A stretch of DNA of 64,000 nt from Candidatus Caldarchaeales archaeon (GTDB taxonomy: Archaea > Thermoproteota > Nitrososphaeria_A > Caldarchaeales > Wolframiiraptoraceae). Shown here piece after piece: positions 55,848 to 64,000 of the stretch; within the stretch, counting starts at the first letter, position 1; each line of letters starts with the position of its first letter. The notes below the pieces were generated by a model. That model did no database searches. It was not told the origin of the DNA and was given only the letters and a program-made list of their open reading frames with translations. The stretch spans positions 76,836 to 140,835 of the forward strand of contig JBCNVN010000002.1 in the NCBI GenBank assembly GCA_039630055.1. The letters are read 5' to 3'. Both the position numbers and the translations under genes were made by a program.

Positions 55848-56150
55848 CTATCTATGATGTTGCCGCATAGGACATTTACATGGTTTATTCCTACACTGTG
55901 GGCATCCAACACCATACTTACTGAGAAATGCTTCTTCTAGATCTATCCCAGCTATATTGCAGAAGCTTAGGAGCCATGCAAGTAGATCTGAGACCTCGCT
56001 CTCAATCTGCTCATTATCATTCTTCAAGAATGCATCTACGACTTCACCTGCTTCCGTAATCATCCAGAGTAAAGTCTTCTCTAAACCTCTCTCTGAATCT
56101 CTATCAAGATAAGTCTCAGCTATAATCTTCTGTATATCTCTCAGATCCAT
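55848..56150 (-). CDS. MazG-like nucleotide pyrophosphohydrolase domain protein
   Basis: The EAGEVVDA...E...SEVSDLLAWLL E-x-x-E / E-x-x-D four-helix pattern. A C-terminal CPQC...CKC. Confidence 0.8.
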   Translation of the reverse strand: MDLRDIQKIIAETYLDRDSERGLEKTLLWMITEAGEVVDAFLKNDNEQIESEVSDLLAWLLSFCNIAGIDLEEAFLSKYGVGCPQCRNKPCKCPMRQHHR

Positions 56151-56214
56151 ATGGGAAAATACATATCCATCAAAGAAATAACTATTTCTCTAAGATGTCT
56201 TCTATTTGGGAAAC

Positions 56215-57171
56215 CTATCCCCTTAATATTGAAGGTGGATTTGAGGCTAATGCTATTGAACCGTAAAGTACAACATCTTCTCCTAGTGGTGTAATTGTAA
56301 TAATAGGTATCCTGTTAGGCGTGTATCTGTAGACTTGTTTCTTCACTGGATCTAGAATAAGCTCTGGATTGTTCAAGGTTATCGCACCTCCTACAGTTAT
56401 TATCTCTGGATCATATACTGTATTTATATTTGCGAAGCCTATTGCATTTATCCTACCAATCTCTTCAATGATCTTGAGCGCATAAATGTCTCCAGATCTA
56501 GCTAGATTGAAAACTCTATCTGTAGTTAGGTTACCTTCACTTGTAAGCTTCTTATAAATCTCTCTGCAGAATTCTTCTGGACGACTATCTATAATATACT
56601 TTATGAATCTCGGCATGTTCCTTCCTGAGCAGTATGCTTCCCAGTGTCCAGTCCCTCCACAACCGCACAACATTCTTCCCTCGAGATCTACTACTATATG
56701 ACCTATCTCTACAGCATTACCATCTTTCCCAAGAAGTAAGTGTCCATCAATGATCGCTCCACCACCTATACCTGTACTAAGAGTTATGTAGAAGATGTTC
56801 TCATAGTTTCTTCCTAGACCGAAGAACTTCTCTCCAAGTACAGCTGCCGTACAATCATTTAGAAGATACGTAGCCTTCTTAAATTTATCTTTCAATATCT
56901 CGACTATTGGAACATTCTTGAAGAAGACATTAGGTGGACTAAGTATAATGCCTTTCTTATAATCTATGGGACCTATCGAACCGATTCCTATTGAAGTAAT
57001 CTTTGATAGATCTCCAGAAGTTAATTTCAGGATCATCTCTAATATCTGGGTTACAAAGGTTTCAGAAGACTCTCCTCTAGTTTTCTCTTCAATCTTCTTT
57101 ACTATACCATGATGAAGGTCACCTATTCCAACTCTCACCTTGGTAGCGCCTATATCAATACCTATATGCAT
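56215..57171 (-). CDS. ROK-family sugar kinase (glucokinase-like)
   Basis: N-terminal IGIDIGATKVRVG, the GGGAIIDG motif and the ROK zinc motif GHIVVDLEGRMLCGCGGTGHWEAYCSG. Confidence 0.85.
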   Translation of the reverse strand: MHIGIDIGATKVRVGIGDLHHGIVKKIEEKTRGESSETFVTQILEMILKLTSGDLSKITSIGIGSIGPIDYKKGIILSPPNVFFKNVPIVEILKDKFKKATYLLNDCTAAVLGEKFFGLGRNYENIFYITLSTGIGGGAIIDGHLLLGKDGNAVEIGHIVVDLEGRMLCGCGGTGHWEAYCSGRNMPRFIKYIIDSRPEEFCREIYKKLTSEGNLTTDRVFNLARSGDIYALKIIEEIGRINAIGFANINTVYDPEIITVGGAITLNNPELILDPVKKQVYRYTPNRIPIITITPLGEDVVLYGSIALASNPPSILRG

Positions 57172-57257
57172 CTGATATCATCTCACTAGAAACATGATAG
57201 AGGTTTTTATAAAGAATGTTTTAGCAAATACTAAATAATTGTAGTAAGCTTTCTATC

Positions 57258-58082
57258 ATGATGATTAAAAGTTTAGTTAGAGAGATTACATTATTCTTCA
57301 TGGTATCGATAATCTTAGCTACTCTCATAGACTTTGTATTCTATTTCTTCGGAGGTCTTCAAGATAATTCTAGAGTATTGTTATGGGGTCTTCTAAGAAT
57401 GTATACTCCTACAGTAGCTGTAGCGGTCGTTCAAGGTCTTCCAACTATTAAACGATACCTCCATTTCAACAAAAGAGTTATCTTGATATATCTTCTATCA
57501 CCTTTAATCACTTATTTGGCAATCGGCATCTACTCTGCGTTCTCAATGATTTCTGGAATATTTTCAATCAGTCAATTAGAAGTTATAGCAGAGAAGATGT
57601 CTATAGATATCTATACGTTTATAGCACTTACATTTTTGAATACTTATATCAATGGTTTAACGATAAACACTCTATACGCTATAGGTGAAGAGATCGGGTG
57701 GAGAGGTTTCCTACTAGATAAACTAGGATCTACTGGGATGGGCTTCTTCAAGACTACGATCATTATTGGGATGCTCTGGGGTTTATGGCATTCCCCGGCA
57801 ATATTGCTTCTCGGATACAATTATCCTGATAATAGAGTTTTAGGCATTCTGATATTCACGCTATTTACAATCTCCTGTACTGCACCATATATAATCTTTA
57901 GGAAGATCTCTTCAAGCATTCTTCCAGCAGCTTCTATGCACGGTTCTATGAATGCTATCTGGGGACTAACATTACTAGTAACGAGTATACCGAGAGAGCT
58001 GGGTGGTTTAGGAGCAATAGCCATTTTATCTTGGACTATAACCTCAATAATGATGTACCTAGTACTAAAACATAGGATGTAG
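57258..58082 (+). CDS. CPBP-family intramembrane glutamic endopeptidase (CAAX protease-like)
   Basis: GEEIGWRGFL (motif 1), LWGLWHSP (motif 2) and ASMHGSMN (motif 3) in a polytopic membrane protein. Confidence 0.8.
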   Translation: MMIKSLVREITLFFMVSIILATLIDFVFYFFGGLQDNSRVLLWGLLRMYTPTVAVAVVQGLPTIKRYLHFNKRVILIYLLSPLITYLAIGIYSAFSMISGIFSISQLEVIAEKMSIDIYTFIALTFLNTYINGLTINTLYAIGEEIGWRGFLLDKLGSTGMGFFKTTIIIGMLWGLWHSPAILLLGYNYPDNRVLGILIFTLFTISCTAPYIIFRKISSSILPAASMHGSMNAIWGLTLLVTSIPRELGGLGAIAILSWTITSIMMYLVLKHRM

Positions 58083-58144
58083 ATGGTCTATGCGAGATAG
58101 GTAATGTTTAACTGAACTAGAATCCATATTATAAGTATGTTGTT

Positions 58145-58609
58145 CTAGACTCTTCTCCCTCTCCTTCCACCCTTCTTTCTTACAGAATCATGAGGTATCG
58201 GTGTAACATCTTCAATCCTACCTATCATTACACCCGACCTAGCTATTGCTCTTATAGCAGCTTGAGTTCCTGGACCAGGGGTTCTAGCTTTTACCCCACC
58301 AGGCGCTCTAACCCTGATGTGAACAGCATTTATACCTTTTGATTTAGCGATCTCCATAACATAGGATGCTGCTCTAGTAGCTGCGTAAGGTGTAGGCTCA
58401 AGTCGGCCAGCATCTACAAACATTCCGCCAGATGCTCTAGCGATAGTCTCGGCTCCAGTTAAGTCGGTAACGTGGACCAATATATTGTTATAGCTAGCAT
58501 ATATGTGGACGATACCCCATTTCAATGTCTTCTTAGATGGTGGAGCAGCCTGCTTCATTGCTTCCGCTGATGTGGCCGTAGCCTCTGATCCACCTCTATC
58601 ACTCATCAA
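58145..58609 (-). CDS. rps11: 30S ribosomal protein S11 (uS11)
   Basis: [24 protein letters not shown] and [15 protein letters not shown] motifs. 154 aa. Confidence 0.93.
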   Translation of the reverse strand: MMSDRGGSEATATSAEAMKQAAPPSKKTLKWGIVHIYASYNNILVHVTDLTGAETIARASGGMFVDAGRLEPTPYAATRAASYVMEIAKSKGINAVHIRVRAPGGVKARTPGPGTQAAIRAIARSGVMIGRIEDVTPIPHDSVRKKGGRRGRRV

Positions 58610-58720
58610 GTTACACAGGCTGAATCTCTTATTTAAACATAAGTCTCTTAAGGATTATATTCTTAATCTCTTATTGAATTACTTATGGAATTTGCTGATG
58701 ACCATTGTGATGTACATGTT

Positions 58721-59584
58721 TTATGATTTTAAACCTTTCAAGCACTCTCTTAACGCTCTCCTCACCAAGACTTTAGACATCTCTATTCTATATTCTGCAG
58801 ATGCTCTAACATCCGAGATCGGCTTAACATCTTTAACTACTTGTAGAGATGCTTCATCTATATTTTCGATCGATGCTCTACGACCCTTCAAGTACTCTTC
58901 AACACTCTTAGACCTTATAGGGGTTGGAGCAACACTTCCAAGGGATACTATTACATCTTCTATTCTTTCATCATCTATCATTAGACCTGCGGCCACGCTT
59001 ACTATACTTAGAATATGACCCATCCTTTTTCCCAGCTTAATAAAACTAAAACTCCATTCTCCGTCAAGCTTCGGGATAACTATCTCAGTCAATATCTCTC
59101 GACCTTCTATCACAGTCTCACCCGGTCCTCTAAAGAAGTCTTCAACCAGGATTTTTCTCTTATCTCTAATGCTAGTCAATACAAGGCTCGACTTGAGAGT
59201 TATTAGTGGTGGAACCGTGTCTGCTGCTGGAGAGGCATTACAGATGTTTCCTCCTATCGTGGCAATGTTTCTCACATGCCATGTACCGAATTCTTTCGCA
59301 GCTCTCCAGAGAGGTGGAGCCCACTTCTCAATTATCAAACTATTCTTTAATTCTTCAATAGTTGTTAGTGGCCCGATCTTGATAGAGTCTCTATCTTCAC
59401 GAATATACTTTAGATCATTTATCCTAGAGATATCTACGATCTTTCGTATTTTTGTCTTACCGGATCTCATCTGGACGACCAGATCTGTTCCCCCTGAAAG
59501 GATCTTTGAGTCGGGGTTCATATCTAAGAATCGTAGTGCATCTTCCAGCTCTGTAAACATGTAATAATCTATCTTTGGGATCAT
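58721..59584 (-). CDS. FAD-binding medium subunit of a xanthine dehydrogenase/CO dehydrogenase-family molybdoenzyme (CoxM/CutB-like)
   Basis: ILSGGTDLVVQM and IRNIATIGGNICNASPAADT motifs, plus C-terminal DVRASAEYR. Overlaps the large-subunit stop by 4 nt. Confidence 0.85.
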   Translation of the reverse strand: MIPKIDYYMFTELEDALRFLDMNPDSKILSGGTDLVVQMRSGKTKIRKIVDISRINDLKYIREDRDSIKIGPLTTIEELKNSLIIEKWAPPLWRAAKEFGTWHVRNIATIGGNICNASPAADTVPPLITLKSSLVLTSIRDKRKILVEDFFRGPGETVIEGREILTEIVIPKLDGEWSFSFIKLGKRMGHILSIVSVAAGLMIDDERIEDVIVSLGSVAPTPIRSKSVEEYLKGRRASIENIDEASLQVVKDVKPISDVRASAEYRIEMSKVLVRRALRECLKGLKS

Positions 59585-61929
59585 TGGCGCCTCCTCCTAC
59601 TTAGGTCTAGAAATAGCTTCTCAGAGGTGTATGGTATCTCTCTTGGACTTAGGCCTACTGCATGTTTTATCGCATTGGTTATAGCTGCGGGGATAGGTAT
59701 AAGCGCCATCTCAGCCAGTCCCTTTGCACCGTATGGGCCGAATCTAAAGAGGTCTTCAACGAATATCGGCTCCTCTATCTCTGGCGTGTCTGCTATTGTG
59801 GGGACTAGATAATCGGTGAAGTTTGGATTTAGTATCCTGCCATCCTCCATCTTGACTTCTTCAGTCAATGTATATCCCATGCCTTGTATTATTGCTCCAT
59901 GTATCTGGGTTATGGCCAGCTTCGGGTTGATTATCTTACCAGCACAGATTGCAGGCCATACCTTTAACACCCTTGTCAGACCGGTCTCTACATCTACCTC
60001 TACCTCGACAGCTACAACCATATAGCTGAATACTATATATGCGAATCCTTGACCCCTCTCTTCGTCGAACCTGCCTTTAGGTAGGTAGAAGTATCCTGTT
60101 GCAGCCATGTCTTCACCCTCTGCATAGCATCTCTTGACAGCCTCTTCCCAAGCGATCCTCATCTCAGGTTTATGTTTATTATAGACCCATCCATCTCTGA
60201 GTTCAATATCTTCGGAACCGCATCCGAGAAGTTTTGAGACCACTCTTTGAATCTTTCTCCTAATCTTCGTAGCGGCTATCGCTACCGCTGTTCCTCCGAG
60301 AGCGGTTCCTCTAGAACCATGTGTTGCTCCAGTGTCAGGAGCATCAGATATGCCTCCATGTAGGGTTATCTTTTCTAAGGGAACTCCCAGTATCTCAGCA
60401 GCTATCTGGATTAAGCCGGTGTGAGTCCCTTGACCTATCTCAACGATCCCTGTATAGATCGATATGCTTCCATCTTTTGCAACATTTATGTATGTGTTGC
60501 ACCAATCTGGGACGCCCCTGCTCGTGCTGATACCATGCCATGCACATGCCAGCCCTATACCCTTGGCCTTACCATTTACGGTCTTACCATAACTCTTTCT
60601 CTTCTCAATCCATCCACATCTCTCAGCAGTCTTGATGAGTGCTTCACCAATACCGACACTATCTTCAAGTACTTGAGTCGTAGATATCTTGCTTCCAGGT
60701 CTTAAAATGTTCTTTAGTCTAAACTCTAGAGGATCTATACCTATCTTTTCAGCCAGCTCATCCATCTGTCTCTCAGCTGCAAACTGTATCTGGGGGTTTC
60801 CAAATCCTCTGAAGCTTCCCTGAAAAACCTTATTCGTATAGACAAGCATTCCTCTAACATCAACATTCGGTACCTCGTATGGTCCAGTAGCATGAACCGT
60901 CGCCCTCCAGAGAGTGAACGGGCCACGATTAGCATAAGCTCCAGCATCAAATATTATATCAACATCTACAACTGTTAGTTTTCCTTCCCTACTCGCTCCA
61001 CTCCGATACTTTATAATAGCTGGATCCCGTTTACAGTGAGTTGTAAAACTATCTTCTCTACTATATGTTAGTAAGACAGGTCTATGGATCTTGTTTGCAG
61101 CTATAGCTGCTTGAGCACCGACTATCGGTCCCATATCATCTTTTCCACCGAACCCTCCACCTATAACAGGTTGGATAACTCTAATCTTGCTTTGAGGTAC
61201 CCCCAATACTCTTGATATTATTAGTTGGGCGAGGTGGGGATACTGGCCGGGGAGAATAACAGTCATCCCACCATCTGATGGGATGGCTAGTGCACCTTCA
61301 GTCTCTAGGTAGGCATGGTCTTGATACCCGGTCCTATAAAGTCCCTCTACGATATAATCAGATTCTTGGAGAGCTTTTAAAGCATCTCCTTTTCTAACCC
61401 TCGTCCTCAAGACTATGTTGCTCCCATGCTCTTCATGTACTTTTATCTCATCCCGTATAGCTTCCAATGGATCTAATACAGCCTTCAGAGGCTTGATACC
61501 AACCTCAACCAGCTCCACCATCTCTTCAGTAGATCTAGGTTTAGATGAAACTATGAGGGCTACAGGTTCACCGTGGAATCTTACCTTCTTCTCAGCTAGT
61601 GCCGGCTGGTCAGGGATATAGTATCCTACCTGATTCACTCCTGGGATATCTTCACTCTTTACTAATGTTATATAGTCTGGGTGCTCTACCGCTCTACCAG
61701 GTCTTACGTATTCTAAGATCCCATGGGGAACATTGCTCTTCACAATCCTCGCATAGGCTAATCCTTCTATTAGATAGTCTTCAACATACTTTGATCTTCC
61801 TAAAACTTTCTCGAGAGCATCTATCCTCTTAACATCTCTTCCAACATATATGAACTCTTTAGCTTTAAGCCATTGATCAAGGATGGAATACTCATCTTTC
61901 TGTGATTCCAGTAAAGCTATAGAAGACAT
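59581..61929 (-). CDS. molybdopterin-binding large subunit of an aldehyde oxidase/xanthine dehydrogenase-family enzyme (CoxL/CutA-like)
   Basis: 782 aa. GGGFGGK, QGSFRGFGNPQ and GLAEMALIP motifs. Confidence 0.88.
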   Translation of the reverse strand: MSSIALLESQKDEYSILDQWLKAKEFIYVGRDVKRIDALEKVLGRSKYVEDYLIEGLAYARIVKSNVPHGILEYVRPGRAVEHPDYITLVKSEDIPGVNQVGYYIPDQPALAEKKVRFHGEPVALIVSSKPRSTEEMVELVEVGIKPLKAVLDPLEAIRDEIKVHEEHGSNIVLRTRVRKGDALKALQESDYIVEGLYRTGYQDHAYLETEGALAIPSDGGMTVILPGQYPHLAQLIISRVLGVPQSKIRVIQPVIGGGFGGKDDMGPIVGAQAAIAANKIHRPVLLTYSREDSFTTHCKRDPAIIKYRSGASREGKLTVVDVDIIFDAGAYANRGPFTLWRATVHATGPYEVPNVDVRGMLVYTNKVFQGSFRGFGNPQIQFAAERQMDELAEKIGIDPLEFRLKNILRPGSKISTTQVLEDSVGIGEALIKTAERCGWIEKRKSYGKTVNGKAKGIGLACAWHGISTSRGVPDWCNTYINVAKDGSISIYTGIVEIGQGTHTGLIQIAAEILGVPLEKITLHGGISDAPDTGATHGSRGTALGGTAVAIAATKIRRKIQRVVSKLLGCGSEDIELRDGWVYNKHKPEMRIAWEEAVKRCYAEGEDMAATGYFYLPKGRFDEERGQGFAYIVFSYMVVAVEVEVDVETGLTRVLKVWPAICAGKIINPKLAITQIHGAIIQGMGYTLTEEVKMEDGRILNPNFTDYLVPTIADTPEIEEPIFVEDLFRFGPYGAKGLAEMALIPIPAAITNAIKHAVGLSPREIPYTSEKLFLDLSRRRRQ

Positions 61930-62084
61930 CTAACCGATAAGCTTAGATGGAGCTAATAAGTATTTTTATTTTCACACAGTCTATCGTGTCCTCATTATGT
62001 CTTCCTAGATCGATTATTCTAGAGATTTCTTGAGGATTCTTTAAAAAGAATAGATTCTATCAAGATTTATGATTAATCTTCCCT

Positions 62085-62669
62085 CTACAATACCATGCCT
62101 TTCCTAAATGCTTCTATGGCTTTATGAGCGTTCTTCCTCAAGACTATTCTGACAGCTTCCTCAATCTTATCCGCTGAAAGAATACTATCTATAGATATCA
62201 GCTTACCTAAGAGTATCATATTCGCTGATTGTTTAGCATTTATCTTCTCCGCTTCTCTCCGAGCCAAAACAATATGTATATTTCTAGTCTTCTCTCTAAG
62301 GATCTCTATCAATTCTTCAACTGGAGGATAATTCTCCCTCCCAACAATATGGAATATTGTTGGAACCGGTTCAGGGTCTAGGACTATCTTAGTGTCTGGT
62401 CCAACGTAAGGAGATGCACGAGCAGCCTCCAAAGGTTCTAAACCTATCAACGCATCTGCTGATCCCTTCTTTATGAGGGGACTATAGACTCTTCTCCCTA
62501 TCTTTACATAACTCTGAACACTTCCACCTCTCTGAGCCATTCCAAGCGTCTCTCCTGTTCTCACATTTAACCCAGAATAAGCTGCAGCTGTAGCTATTAT
62601 CCTTGAGAGGGTTAGTCCACCCTGTCCACCTACTCCTGCAATAACTATGGAATACTCACTTATTGTCAT
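62085..62669 (-). CDS. iorB: indolepyruvate:ferredoxin oxidoreductase subunit beta
   Basis: VIAGVGGQGGLTLSRII N-terminus and GMAQRGGSV motif. 194 aa. Its start codon directly abuts the iorA stop codon. Confidence 0.85.
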   Translation of the reverse strand: MTISEYSIVIAGVGGQGGLTLSRIIATAAAYSGLNVRTGETLGMAQRGGSVQSYVKIGRRVYSPLIKKGSADALIGLEPLEAARASPYVGPDTKIVLDPEPVPTIFHIVGRENYPPVEELIEILREKTRNIHIVLARREAEKINAKQSANMILLGKLISIDSILSADKIEEAVRIVLRKNAHKAIEAFRKGMVL

Positions 62670-64000
62670 CTAAATCCTCCCAATCCTCTTAACTACAATA
62701 GCATTGTATGGGCAGACCTGCATACATAAAGTACATCCAGTACATTCAGACTCTATTATCCTTATCTTATTATCCACTAGATTTAAGGCTGGACAGCCTG
62801 TAAGCTTTGCACAAGCTAGACATCCAGTACACTTCTCTGGATCTACCCAGCATACCTGCTCAAGCCCAGAGCGTTTCGTAAGGACTGCACACTCACCTTT
62901 AGATATTATCACTCTCACACCATCCATCTTTAAATATTCTCTTACTTTCTCTGCAACCTCTCTATAATTATATGCGTTAACGATTGCCAAGTTCTCAACA
63001 CCTAGTCCTCTTACTACAGATTCTAGATCCACTGGTTTGAGTTTTCTCCCACTGATGCTTAAACTGTATCCAGGGGTTGCTTGATGCCCTGTCATCGCTA
63101 CCGTAGAGTTATCCATTATCACTACCAAAATGTCAACGTTCTTGTTTACTGCCTCTATAAGAGATGTTATACCTGAATGATAGAAGGTACTATCACCTAT
63201 AACCGCTATTACCGGTTTCTGGTATCCAGTAATCTTCAACCCCATGGCCATCGATATACTTGCACCCATGCTATGCTCAGTCCATATGGCTTCGAAGGGA
63301 GGGTTAAGTCCTAGAGCATAGCATCCGATATCCCCCATCACCGGGACCTCCCCCCACCTATATCCTGCCCTAGATAATCCAGTCCTCAAACCCATGTAGG
63401 TTCCTATATGGGGGCAGCCTGGACAGAGTGGTGGTGGACGTCGAGGTAGAGAGATTTCTTCAGGGATAGGCTTACCGATTAGTAGATTCTCGATATCGTC
63501 TGGGGTAAGCTCTCCAGCTTTCTTGAATAGGCTTCCTCTTCCCCGTATCTCAATATCTAAACCTAGCTCATATGCTAATTCTTTTACCTTCATTTCAAGA
63601 TATGGATCTATCTCTTCTACAATTATCAATTTCTCAACCGTCTTCATGAACTCTCCTATAATCTTCCTAGGTAGAGGATAGATTAAGCCAAGCTTCAATA
63701 TCCTATAATTGTTCGAGAGACCATTCTCTTCTAAAACTTCAACTACATAGTTATAGGCTGCACCAGCACATATTATCCCATTACCGCTTGAACCCTCTAT
63801 CCTATTAAATCTAAATTCTTCGGCCACGGACTCAACCTTCTCTAATGATTTAAGTAGTTCTTCATGTCTCTCCCTATTCCATAACATTACGGCTCTCAAG
63901 TATCTTTTAGGATTTTTAGAGAATGAAGGATTATAGTTTGGCTCTTTAAACTCTCCTATCTCTACATTGCCTACAGCATGGTTTACCCTAGTAGTAGTTC
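62670..64000 (-). CDS. iorA: indolepyruvate:ferredoxin oxidoreductase subunit alpha (N-terminus outside window)
   Basis: The frame stays open upstream of the track's Met to the window edge (TTTRVNHAVGNVEIGEF...). TPP motif GDSTFYHSG. Two C-terminal ferredoxin clusters CTGCLACAKLTGCP and CTGCTLCMQVCP. Confidence 0.88.
   Translation of the reverse strand, partial: TTTRVNHAVGNVEIGEFKEPNYNPSFSKNPKRYLRAVMLWNRERHEELLKSLEKVESVAEEFRFNRIEGSSGNGIICAGAAYNYVVEVLEENGLSNNYRILKLGLIYPLPRKIIGEFMKTVEKLIIVEEIDPYLEMKVKELAYELGLDIEIRGRGSLFKKAGELTPDDIENLLIGKPIPEEISLPRRPPPLCPGCPHIGTYMGLRTGLSRAGYRWGEVPVMGDIGCYALGLNPPFEAIWTEHSMGASISMAMGLKITGYQKPVIAVIGDSTFYHSGITSLIEAVNKNVDILVVIMDNSTVAMTGHQATPGYSLSISGRKLKPVDLESVVRGLGVENLAIVNAYNYREVAEKVREYLKMDGVRVIISKGECAVLTKRSGLEQVCWVDPEKCTGCLACAKLTGCPALNLVDNKIRIIESECTGCTLCMQVCPYNAIVVKRIGRI

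Noticed and set aside
58503-59018. 171-aa + strand ORF bridging the rps11 start and the coxM-like 3' end
   Set aside because: It overlaps two well-supported minus-strand genes, its translation is low-complexity, and it has no recognisable motif.
1-64000. Search for CRISPR arrays, cas genes, IS elements/transposases, integrases, and rRNA or further tRNA genes
   Set aside because: I saw no regularly spaced direct repeats anywhere. No ORF has transposase, integrase or Cas hallmarks. The only GC-rich structured-RNA-like islands are the tRNA at 1492-1585 and the C/D candidate at 32640-32698.

Overview
This is a 64-kb, gene-dense, AT-rich archaeal chromosomal segment. My hand counts of single 60-nt lines range from 32% to 53% GC, and most lines counted fall at 32-43%. 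All calls come from reading the ORF translations and the DNA by eye; no database search was possible. The content is mostly housekeeping, with a thermophilic, crenarchaeal (Thermoproteota-like) flavour. Information-processing genes: proteasome alpha, an overlapping smc-scpA-scpB operon, an S8e-SRP19-Gar1-TFB cluster, a Sulfolobus-type single-OB SSB, Hjc resolvase, eL13, uS11, class I LysRS, DtdA, AlaX, RNase Z, Trm1/Trm11/RlmE methyltransferases, an NFACT (Rqc2-like) protein and a GPN-loop GTPase. Metabolic genes: UppS, PRPP synthase, RpiA, SHMT, Fe/Mn SOD, two tungsten AOR-family enzymes, indolepyruvate:ferredoxin oxidoreductase (iorBA, iorA cut by the window end), a CoxL/CoxM-type molybdoenzyme and a UbaA/MoeB-like E1 with a MoaD/SAMP-like GG protein. 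There is one intron-containing tRNA(CAU). I found no CRISPR array, cas gene, transposase, integrase, toxin-antitoxin pair or recognisable defence system. The parts the ordinary annotation does not explain are: (1) a 1.2-kb ORF-free gap (31673-32902) carrying a cluster of TCCAGGTR motifs on both strands, a 15-nt inverted repeat, A/T tracts, stop-poor decayed frames and a candidate C/D-box sRNA; (2) a tightly coupled pair between ssb and hjc, made of a coiled-coil/zinc-ribbon protein and a small helical protein (47875-49900); (3) a pair of unknown family made of a secreted W/Y/G/N-rich protein and a polytopic membrane protein (28604-30188), whose membrane component has a second copy at 42150-42707; (4) an orphan protein with a nuclease-like C-terminal module (5010-6068). 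None of these can be called a new system from sequence alone; they are leads.
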